Assembly (NCBI GenBank): GCA_001179505.1
Contig: CDMY01000291.1
Span: forward strand, 68,040 to 132,039
Length of the DNA stretch: 64,000 nt
Origin: Vitrella brassicaformis CCMP3155
Lineage: Eukaryota; Protista; Chromerida
Reading direction: 5' to 3'
The notes under the pieces were generated by a model, which saw only the letters and a list, made by a program, of their open reading frames with translations, was not told the origin of the DNA and did no database searches. The position numbers were made by a program, and so were the translations under genes. Below are positions 38,501 through 48,935 of this stretch, in pieces (positions within the stretch are counted from its first letter, which is position 1; each line of letters starts with the position of its first letter).

Positions 38501-39330
38501 CCGCCGGGTGGCCACAGGTCGTCCGAGACATTGTGCCTAGCGTAAGTATACCATACGACACACGAACACAGACGAATACCGTCACTTGCAAACAGTGGCG
38601 GATACTCTGGTCGGTGCGTGTACTTGTCTGGCTGCAGTGCCTAGAGTATCGGCCGCATGATCGCCCCCCAGCGCCGGAGAGGTTCTGCATCGTGTGGAGC
38701 ACCTGACGCTTGCCGCAATCACTTCCACCCCCAGTGCCTCAAGCGGCTCTTGCCTGGATACCTGCACCCCCTGAATGGCCCCTCGCCCGTCACAACTTCC
38801 CTCCCTACACGGTCGACCTTGACACCGACGACGATGCGCTGCCCACCTGCGAGGAGTCGCCGCTCATCTACAAGAAAGGCGACGTGGTGCTCATGCTGCC
38901 GATCGCGGTGGCCGAGGATGTACCGGAGGAGCCTCGGCGACCGCCGAAGCAGCGTGTCGATCAACGTTGACCTCTACTTTTCGACTGCCGCTAGCATGGT
39001 GGGCCTGAAGACGGCCGAAGGGGTAAGGCATTGTGTGGCGCCTGTGAGCGATGCCGCCGCCGATCCGTCGAGCGTCGTTGGCGTGTTCGCCCGGGCGGCC
39101 GACATGAGCCAACGGTCTGATGTGCTGTGGAAGGTGAGAAAAGCGGGGGAGATGGACAGACAGACAGACAGACGGACAGACGGACGGACGGACGGACGAA
39201 CAGAGTGACGGATGGATGGGTCTCTGGGTGGTGTGTGGTGCAGGTATAAGGACACCGCTGCCTACATTTTATATCTCATGGGGACTGTACTCATTGCACC
39301 GCACACCCCAAGGAGACGTAGGCGAACCAA
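35550..39330 (+). pseudogene. CCCH zinc-finger plus TKL-like protein kinase, disabled
   Basis: CCCH: CSFWRQGHCRNGESCDWPH. Kinase: LGAGAFGV, VAMK, HRDIKPDN, KIADFG, GTLNYMAPE, VDIWAFG. Lesions: frameshift at the G-run ~37516-37519, in-frame TAG 38256-38258 (APEI*), frameshift at the C-run ~38663-38669, and another shift near 38965. Confidence 0.75.
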
Positions 39331-40178
39331 TGAGCAGCACGGGCAAGGAAAACGTGTAGGACAGACATGTGCAAACAGAGTGAGACGAGAAAGGCGACGC
39401 AGACAACGAGCAGCAGCCAAGATGAGACGCAGAGACAGCGTACCTGCACGCCATGGACGACGAGCATCGGCCCTGCCCACCTGCGACAAATAAGTCAATC
39501 GCCTGACCGAATGGTGGAGGTACACTGTAGACATCGGCCTAAGGCATTCCGGCACGAGCATGTATTCATATTCATATGGTGCTTAAGTGAGCTGATTGAT
39601 ATCACGTTGAAGCAACATACGCAATGACAGTTTTTTTTTCACGCACAGGGTCCAGATCGTATACGTGGGATTGGAAGTGAGCTGACCTTTACATGCAGCA
39701 GCTCCAAGCCGACGGTACAGCCAATGACGGAGACACAAATGGATTCATGGCAGCTGGCGCATTCACTGACTCGCGTGGCCAGACAGTGCCAGATAAGAGA
39801 CGGTGGAACGGTAGATACACACTTATACCATCGAGGAGCTTCCCTCCCACGCAGTCAGATGACATACACACTCACACACACTCCAGGTATCTGAAACATG
39901 CCTCTCGGGCACAGAAAGCTCTCTCTTCCGCACCCACCACAACATTTACATACACACACGCACACACACATACAAACATACAGACATACACCCAGGCACC
40001 CCAAAGGCAGGCACCCTAGTAGACTTGCAGGCTGCATGCGTCCCGAAGGATCTCTATCCCACATTTCCAAGCCTCCCTACCCATCACGCCTCCGCGCGCC
40101 TCACCAAGGCTCAGCCCCATACACGTGCATCTCTCTACCGCAGCTCTCTGTCACACGAAGGAACAGCCAGAAGTCAAG

Positions 40179-41005
40179 TCAGCTGTCTGGCTGTGTGAGA
40201 TTATTCTCCTCCTTGTAGATCCTGGCTGCCTCGGCGGGCGCCATGTTGGGCTTCACAATGTCAGCACCCATCAGACCAGACGACTGGAACACCTGCACAA
40301 CAAGCAACCAACCAGCAAGCACCGCACTGCAGTGACAGGCAATTGGGTCAACGCACCCTCTCCCTCCCTCCCTCCCTCCCTCCCTGTCTGTCTTGTTCTG
40401 CTCACCACGACAAACTCCTTGTGCGGGTCGTAGCTGTCCAGCCGCCTCCTAACTTGAGCCAAATGGCTCTCCTCCTCCCGGCTGCCGGCCTTCTTCGAGA
40501 ACTTCTCAGCCGGCGCGTACATGGTCGGCGCCACATCCATCTTGGTGGCCTTTGTCGCTGTGGCCGCTCCGTCCCCTCCCTCTCCCTCTCCCTCCTGCTT
40601 GAGCTCATGATAGACCATCACGGCGCCCCTGCCCATCTTCTCATAGCCCATCCACGCCTGTGCGCACCACGAGAAGCCGCTGGCCCTGACGTTTTCCTGA
40701 TAGCTCTTCTCCCACAGCTGCTGTTGCTCCATTGGCGTCAGTTGAGAGCCGCCGTAGCTGAACTGGAACCGAGGCCTCCGCTCTGTTTTCGGCCCAAAGC
40801 CCTCACCGGCGGCGCGCAATGATGATCCGTGGCGGCTGAAGCGCCTCCTTGGTGAGAGATCAGCGACTGGGATGAATGCCCCTGCGGAATGCCAGCCACA
40901 GGAGATCTCTCGGCGCCGTTCCGATGGAGATGAACTGAAGGCGTCAGCAAGGCATGCCGAGAGAAGCGCCAGCAGCAGCGCCATAACCGAGATGACCGCG
41001 TTCAT
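40179..41005 (-). CDS. Probable plastid-targeted hypothetical protein (2 exons)
   Basis: MNAVISVMALLLALLSACLADA-FSSSPSERRR... is a signal peptide followed by Phe, then an S/R-rich transit-like stretch. The mature part has GRGAV and YDPHKEFVVV. Confidence 0.7.
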
Positions 41006-41289
41006 TTGGTCCTCACTTCTGAGCTCGCAGATTGCGAGCTGGGGGGTGCTCTCTGTGCATGTGGAGCGTGCGTGGGTGATTCCTGTTGCGTGTCGTCGTT
41101 TGACTGTGCGTGAAAGACATGGGACTTGGCCGCCTGGCCGCTTAGGACATTCTGTGAAATCGCTCCCCCCGCGAGCTGGGGGGTAGGGTGAGAGGGGAGG
41201 TGCCATCGCGAGGGAGGCACCGAGAAGCGAAGCGTACCGATACCCATCGAAGCCGACCCTCTGAAGAGGGGATCTTCACCTGAGCAAAC

Positions 41290-41677
41290 ATGGTGAGCCA
41301 CCAACGCGCTAGGGAGGCAGATGGTGCCGTTCTGCAGCAGTGCCGCTGCCGCGCCACACAGAGAGAACGGGCCGATAGGGGAGTGGGAAGCACGCTGCAG
41401 CGAGGGCAGGCAGGCGTCTGGGCAGTCCGTGCGGTGATGTCTCTGTTGCGTATGTTGTGTGTGTTGCGTGTGCTGTGTGGTTCAGGCTGACGATGAGGTT
41501 CATGACTTTGAGGGTGGTGGTGGCGAGTCTGGCGCCTCCCACACCTTCCCCATGCAAGCCGGCAACTTGAAGAAGAACGGATTCGCCATGCTCAAGGACA
41601 AGCCCTGCAAGGTGGGTGAGGAGGGCGAGGGAGGGAGGGAAACCCCCACCCACCACACACGATGAGCGTCGATTGTG

Positions 41678-41716
<39 letters not shown>

Positions 41717-42272
41717 ATGGAGATAACGACGAGCAAGACGGGGAAGCACGGTCACGCCAAGGCGCACATTGTGGGTCTGGACATCTTCACCGGCAAGAAG
41801 TACGAGGACCTGTGCCCCACCTCACACAACATGAGCGTCCCCGTCGTCAACCGAGCCGAGTTTCAGGTAGGTAGCTCATCACTGGCCGGGCCGCCCCGCC
41901 CACACACACTATCCTTACACCCAGCTCAGCTCAGCTCAGCCCATTGTACTCCTGTGTGGGTGTGCAGCTGATGGACGTGAACGAGGAGGGGTTTTGCACC
42001 CTCCTGCTTGAGTCCGGCGACACCAAGGAAGACCTCAAGCTACCCCAGGGCACCGATGAGGACGGAAAACTCGCCGAGACGGTGCGCACACAACTCTTCA
42101 CACACACCGACCAGGCCGACCACCGGGAACCACTCTCTGGGTGTGGTGGGCTTGTGTCTGGCTGCAGATCCGCGACAAGGTGAAGGAGGGCAAGGAGGTG
42201 TTAGTGACGGTGCTGTCGGCCGTGGGGCAGGAGAAGATCGTCGGCTACAAGGAGATGACGGGATCTGGATAG
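41290..42272 (+). CDS. eIF5A: Translation factor eIF5A (5 exons; the first exon contributes only the ATG)
   Basis: [14 protein letters not shown]...KPCK|[40 protein letters not shown] contains the hypusine site KTGKHG. Confidence 0.97.
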
Positions 42273-43349
42273 ACAGACAGCGCGACGGATGGCGGGTCGG
42301 GCCGGGCAGCGGCGCGGAGGCAGGCAGGCACATACATACTACGCATGACCACCGATCGATGTATGTATTGCTGCTAGGCCCTTCCTCTCTGCCTGCCTCG
42401 CTGGGTCCGGTCCGCCCGGCGCTGCCTGGCCTGGCTGTGTCGTCTGTCTGTGTCTGTCTGTCTGTCCGCCTACCTCTCCTGTCTGGCTATCAATCTCTTC
42501 TCCCTGCTTGCCTGTGGCCCCCCAGCTGGCTATATCTATCTTAGTCACCGTTGCCGATGCTTTCTTTTCTTCCCTCTCCTGCTTCCTGCGTCCTTTTCGT
42601 TTCGCCTCGCCTCGCCTCGCCTCGGACAGCCATCCTGTCAATGACACTTCCGTCGATCTGTGTGTGCATCATCCACCGAATTGCAATGGCGGCGAGGGCG
42701 GGAAGGGTCGAGTGCGTGGCTGGGTTACATTGGAGGGCGTGGCGGGGTGCGTGTGGATGTGATGTATGGGCGTGGCGTGGCGTGGCGTGGTGTGTGTGGG
42801 GGTGGGGGTGTGTGTGTGAATGACACCGATCCGGTCGCGTGGTCCCTTCCTGCTTCCTTCCGTGTTGCTTTCTTCTTGCCCTTTTGGACCGTGTTCGTCG
42901 CAATGTAGGCGGCGGGGCGAGCAAGGGAATGAATCCATGAGGATCGATCGCATGCAATGACATGTGGATTGGATGCATCCAGGGGCCTTTCTGATGGATG
43001 GACCATTGAATCATTCAATGGAGGGCTGCCTGTGCTGTGTGTGGACCAAGCAGCGAGCAAGCACACTGGGATGCGGCCCGGCTGAATTCACTCACACACC
43101 GTATGAGGACATGTGCGTGTGGTGTTGGTGTGGATGTCTGGTGGACGGACGACGGATGCTAACGCCTATACATAAGATAAGGGACTACGAATGGATGGAT
43201 GGGCTCAATGTTTTCAATTTTGGGGCAGACAGAAGTCAGAGGCATCCTGTATGCACCATCTAAGACACATATTGTAGCCCACAACTCCACAAAGCGAGAC
43301 ACATCCAATGGACACACAGACCGACCGGTGCCTGGTCAGCATTGTCTCC

Positions 43350-44429
43350 CTAGCCCGTTTCATACTGGCTGCCCTCGCGCCACGACCTCTCGCTTGCCTG
43401 GTCTACACTGCTTACATCCTCGTCCGTGAACGACTCGTTCTGACTGTCCAGCGCCTCACCCGACTCTTCCTCGTGATCATTCACCCGCCCCGGCCCCCCT
43501 GGCTGCCCCTGCCCCTGCTGCTGCTGTTGCAGCTCTTTCTCCAGCCTCTTTATCTTCTCATCCTGATCCTTACACGGCTGCCCTTCCTTCTCTGTGGTGG
43601 ATGTCTCTTCTTCATCTTCCTCTTGCTCTTCTTCTCGTTCCTCCTCTTGTTCCTCCTCTCCCTGGTCTTCTTGTTGCTCGGGGGAGGGGGAGGGCGAGGG
43701 CGATGGGTAAGCCAGCTGCGGAATGTCATGTGTTCTCCTTGCCGGCTGCTGCAGTGTCTCACACCGATACCCAACGTAGCCGTCCTTGCACTTGCAGCCG
43801 CCCAGCATCTGTATGTGACGGAGACAGACACACGAGTGAGCAAGGTACGCAGGGCAACATGTGATATTTTGCTGTAACATACTGGGTCACATGTCTTTGG
43901 CTGACATCCTTGTGAGCAGGCGAGACAATCAGGCCCCCATTGCGACTCAGGACAGCAGAATGGCCCGTATGTCCTGTCAAACCCTGACCGTGGAAAGCGA
44001 TGGCATTGCTGTGCTTTCGATTCAGCCCTTTGTTTGTGCGTGCCTCTTCTGTTCTGTTCCTCACCCACATTTTTCGCAATAGGCGTGAGCGTTGATGGTG
44101 ATGAAGCACTCCTTGCACAGGCGTTGTAGGCGTTCAGGGCACTCGACATGACGATGAGGGTCTAGTGGTGGATCCTCTTCCTTGGTGAAGGGCTGGCCGT
44201 CTTCTGCCCGGACAAAGAAGCCTCGACTGTTCATCACTCCCATGACTTGCACCCGATCACCACTGCCACTCTCGAGTAAGCTGGCCGGAGGACCCCCGTG
44301 GAGCAGCGGTTGTCGCCTTCTCCTGCTCGATGTGACTTTCGCCCTGTACCGTGCAGATCTCCTCTCCGTGTGGGCTGCGGCCATCTATGTGGCGGCCAAG
44401 AGAGTCACTGCAAAGGCCAGCCGCATCAT
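43350..44429 (-). CDS. EGF-like/Cys-rich protein with acidic tail; the signal peptide is interrupted by an in-frame TAG
   Basis: MMRLAFAVTLLAAT*MAAAHTE... (TAG 44385-44387). Later exons: FCCPESQWGPDCLAC...CQPKTCDP|MLGGCKCKDGYVGYRCE, then an E/Q-rich tail. Confidence 0.65.
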
Positions 44430-44581
44430 TCATGTGATGGGTCGGCGATCGATCTGGGGGCGGTGGGGGCGGATGTGCCGATCTACCAGTCCAGCCTGAG
44501 GCCAAATTCAGCAGATGCATGCAGATGGGGGCGAGACTGGGGGTGCTTCGTCTGGCAGTCGAGTCCGCGTGAGTCAGGTCA

Positions 44582-46894
44582 ATGGCGTTCCTGCTGCTGT
44601 TTGCTCTGGCCGTCTCCGGCTTGCAGTGCACCGGCGCAGCGGTCGTTGGCCGCCACGCCAATCTCAATGTGACAATGCGCTCGACAATGCGCGCGGCGGC
44701 GCCGGCACCTGCTGTGCCGCCGTCTCCCCCTCCCGCAGTGTCCCTCCAGCTCAAACGGAAGGGCGGGGAGGGGGACAAGTCGCCCTCGCCCAAGAAGCCC
44801 AGGTTCGGGGGTGATGGGCCGTTTGCGAAGCAGCAGGCGGGGCTCGTCTACAAAGGATTCTACGAGGTGGCGTCAGGCGAGAGGGATCCGGCCAACCGCC
44901 GGGAGGAGGGCTTCAAGAAGCTCATCGACAAGGCCAAGAATGCTGGAGGGGGCCTGGTGGAGGGCGCCCCTGACCCCAACAAACCTGTCTTCTTCGATCA
45001 ATGCCACGGTGATCGCAAAACGCACAGCGCACATGCAGACCATACATAGATCGTCCGGCCCTTCACATGTCTCATGTATGTCTCGTCTTTGGTGATACAT
45101 AGTCAACAGGTGGCTGTCGGGCAAGGCCCCCGGGTACGTCAGTGAGAGTGTGGAGGGACACATGCGAGAGTACAGGCATGCACAAGAGAGTGTCTCTCTC
45201 TGTCTGCCCTGGTGTATTGCAGCTACTGTGACCCAGCGCTGGAGTACTCAGGGTCGTTAGACAGCCACGTGCTCGAGGGCGGAAAGAAGGCCGTCGATAT
45301 CGTGACCGGGGAGAGTCCTGATCCGAATCTCAACAACCAGCTCCGTCACACCTTCACACCCACAGACCCAAAGGAGCCCATCCTCAGGTACGTACAAATC
45401 ACATCCACCACGAGTCTCACGGGTCCCGTGTGTCACTCAGCCCGTGCACAGCGTTGTATGGAGCGACAAACACAGGCCTGATGGAAGGCGATATCATGGG
45501 CGCCCATCCTCTCGCGATCCCCCGCATCAAGAGCCTGGTGAAGAATCTCCACGCGAAGACGTGGCTGCTCCCCGAGAACATCCACCTCACCAGCAGGCAC
45601 AGCATACAAGGGTTCCCACTCGATATGCCAGTAAACCCGCGGCATTGCACCGGTGTCCTCGGGAGAGGCGGCCTTGGCAAGTGGGGGCCAAACAATGCCG
45701 CAGATTCGATGCTTCGCTCGTCAGAAAAAACTGACACAAATTCAGCCCCATCAATCACTTGTCTGCATGCATCTCTTCTTGTCTGTGTGCTTCAGTTGTT
45801 CCGCAAGGTACCTACCGCACCTCAGATCTTGACTCTTCCTTTACTTGGCCTGTCACCTTGTTCCGCAAGAATCCCACGACTAAGAAGCTTGAAGTCCTGC
45901 TCATCAAGCGCTCCGATAGCGGCGACTGGGCGTTCGCTGGCGGCATGGTCGACGACCAGGTGCGTGGGGAGAGACCAGAGGGACACACATATCTGTCTGT
46001 ACTCAAAAACGTCAATCTGCCCTACGCATGCATGTCTTGATTGTACAGGAGTACATGACCCCCGTCACAACTGCCGCACGGTGGGGCGTAAGCGTGAGGC
46101 TAGCTTGCGCTCGTGTCTTTCCCGATCGATCATGCCTGCAGGGAGCTGATTGAGGAGACCCTCACAGGCAAAGACGCAAAATCCATCTGCGACAACTGGA
46201 GCACCATCAAGAAAAAGAAGAGCCTTAAGGTCATGATGACCACAATGGGCCTGGACGTGGGCAAGGGAGACATCAAATTCGCCTGCAAGGGCGGCGAGGA
46301 CAAGTGCAAGGAAGTCGACTGCGAGGCGGCGGTCTCCGAGGAAGGTGTCCAGAAGCTGCTGAGCTCGGCTGCACTGGTGTACGCAGGATACGGTACGTAC
46401 GTACATCGAGAGATACGTACAGGAAAGGATACCAACGTTGGTACAAATGTACTGATTCCCTGAGTGGATCGATGGCTCACCATTTACTCCTGCGTTCGTT
46501 CAGTTGACGATCCCCGCAACACCGACAACGCCTGGATGGAGTCGTTCGCTTTGGCATGGATGGTCCCTGACGACCTCGCTGACCGGGTCACCGACCTGCC
46601 TGGAGGGTCCGACTCCACCGAAGGTCGGTGACAGTGACACGCCCATGCATACGTGCAAACCGACGACTTCTCGTCTGCATCTGCATGTAATGTTGATGGA
46701 TACAGTTGCCTGGTGGCCCATCCACAAATCGATCCCCAAGGGCAGCGGGGAGGAGGCCCCGATGCTCAAGGACGGGACGCTATTCGCCAGCCACTCGTTC
46801 TTTCTGCGCGCCGGCACCCACGCCCTCCTTGAGCTCCCCAAGGTGCGAGGCACCATTACCAACTACGCTGCTATCCAGAAGGCGTTGGCGAAAG
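44582..46894 (+). CDS. Secreted NUDT9-like ADP-ribose pyrophosphatase (Nudix); the 3' end lies in or beyond the gap
   Basis: Signal peptide MAFLLLFALAVSGLQCTGA. NUDT9 signatures PVNPRHCTGVLGRGGLGKWGPNNAAD, LLIKRSDSGDWAFAGGMVD, RELIEE, GY|VDDPRNTDNAWMES and LFASH. The last visible exon ends at a GT donor at 46895. Confidence 0.85.
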
Positions 46895-47017
46895 GTGAGT
46901 GAGTGGGGGGAGGGGGCTGGTTCTTGATTCGATGGTTTGTGCATGCTTGCAGCCGAGAAGCAAAGCCCCTACAATCTCTACTTGAAGTGAGTACACGTCG
47001 ATTCATCCATGTCGCAT

Positions 47018-47317
47018 NNNNNNNNNNNNNNNNNNNNNNNNNNNNNNNNNNNNNNNNNNNNNNNNNNNNNNNNNNNNNNNNNNNNNNNNNNNNNNNNNNN
47101 NNNNNNNNNNNNNNNNNNNNNNNNNNNNNNNNNNNNNNNNNNNNNNNNNNNNNNNNNNNNNNNNNNNNNNNNNNNNNNNNNNNNNNNNNNNNNNNNNNNN
47201 NNNNNNNNNNNNNNNNNNNNNNNNNNNNNNNNNNNNNNNNNNNNNNNNNNNNNNNNNNNNNNNNNNNNNNNNNNNNNNNNNNNNNNNNNNNNNNNNNNNN
47301 NNNNNNNNNNNNNNNNN
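47018..47317. other. Scaffold gap (300 N)
   Basis: Run of N. Confidence 1.
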
Positions 47318-47573
47318 GTATTCGTGGCCATGGATGGATGTACTCGTGGAGACGCCAGGCCAAGAGACACAGACATCTGACTGACTGAATTAGAGACCAT
47401 CACATGGGGCACTCACACTGACATCGAGCGATCGACGTCCAATAGACAAATTTAAACACATGCATATGTGTGACGTCTTGGGTCCACTGATTGACTGACT
47501 GACTGTTTGTCTCTTCTCTCTTCGCTCGACCGATTCATCCGTCTGGCCATCCGGCTGTCGGTCACACCCCACC

Positions 47574-48541
47574 ATGCCGCAAGGGTGGAGGCAAAGGCGG
47601 CAAGGGCCTCTCGTTCGACGAGAAGAAGCGCAGACTCACCGACGCCATGCACAAGAGCAAGTCATTCTTCACCATGAAGGAACTCGAGAAGCTCGGTAAG
47701 TGATCACACGCCGCTGCCTATGGTTGATTGTGTCTCACTCTGTCTGTGTGCAGCTACTGGTGTCGGGATTGTGCTTCAGTCGGTCAAGGACGTGGTGAAT
47801 GAGCTCGTGGGAGACGGCATCATACTCACAGACAAAGTTGGCGCATCCAACATCTACTGGTCAGCCAACTCCATCCATCAGGCGAAACGCGTGCATGCAT
47901 GTGTCCGTTGTTTGTGTGTCTGTGTGTGGGCTGGTCGCGCAGGGCGTTGCCATCTGAGCAGAAGAAGGCTCAGGAAAGGCTGCTCACCTCGTTGCGGTGA
48001 GGCGGGCGACCTTCGTGTCTCTGTGCATGAGTGTGTGTCATCGAGTTGTTGTGTGTCAGTGAGGAGGAGGCTCGTCTGCGTGATGAGCTCGAGTCGATGT
48101 CGGTCAAGCTGGACGAGGCCCGCAAGAGTGCCGGTGACGCGACATACAAGGCCAACCTCGACAAAATGCTCACACTGCAACAGGAGACGGAGGTCACTCA
48201 CACGCACAAGAGAGAAAGACAAGGAGAGACATGGTGTTGTGCTGTGTGGCAGGAGTTGGACAAGTCGCTGGCTGCGTTCCGTTCCAACGACCCCCGTGCC
48301 ATCCAGCAGAAGCGACAGGAAATCGACATGGCCAAACATGCGGCAGAGAGATGGTCAGACATGCACTGATTTGTCGAGCGACAGGCACGAGCTCCCTATC
48401 TCTCTGTGCGTCCTGTGTGTGTGTGTGGGTAGGACCGACAACATCATCACGGCCCGTCGATGGATGTCCCGTGAGCAGGGCGCGCCGCTGGAGGAAATCA
48501 ACAGGCACTTCGAAATCCCACCAGAGCTTGACGAAGAATGA
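47574..48541 (+). CDS. MND1: Meiotic nuclear division protein 1, with an apparent frameshift at codon 3
   Basis: KGLSFDEKKRRL...FFTMKELEKL|...SVKDVVNELVGDG...DKVGASNIYW|ALPS...NDP...AAERW|TDNI...FEIPPELD. ATG CCG C AAG places the ATG out of frame with the conserved N-terminus. Confidence 0.88.
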
Positions 48542-48935
48542 ACAAACGAACAAAGAAATACACGCATCTGTGACTGGCGGAGAGACACAGAATGTCTGCG
48601 TGCGTACGTCTGGTGTGTGAGGACTGATGACGTCGACGTACGTGTGAATGCGCTTCATCGCAATGTTCGCGTTCCTTTCCAGTCCGTGTGTCACATGAAC
48701 TAACATCTAACCACACCCCCGAGCAAACACACACGTCCGTCAGCAAACGGAACCCACTAGCTAGTGCAGATCGAAGACAGACCCCGATGCACCTTTCAAT
48801 CAGATGTCAGTTAGCCGCATATTGCTGGACAGTACGTCAACCGACTCCGTCTGCCTTGCCCCAGCAAGATGTACACTACTTTGTTGATCAGATAAATGCA
48901 AATCAATCCAATGCCCCCGTCCCCAATATGGTTGA

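Noticed and set aside
21411-44387. Recurrent in-frame TAG codons (21411, 38256, 44385) as a sign of stop-codon reassignment
   Set aside because: adhE, eIF5A and the histidine phosphatase end at TAG at the expected C-termini, and two of the affected genes also carry frameshifts or TGA stops.
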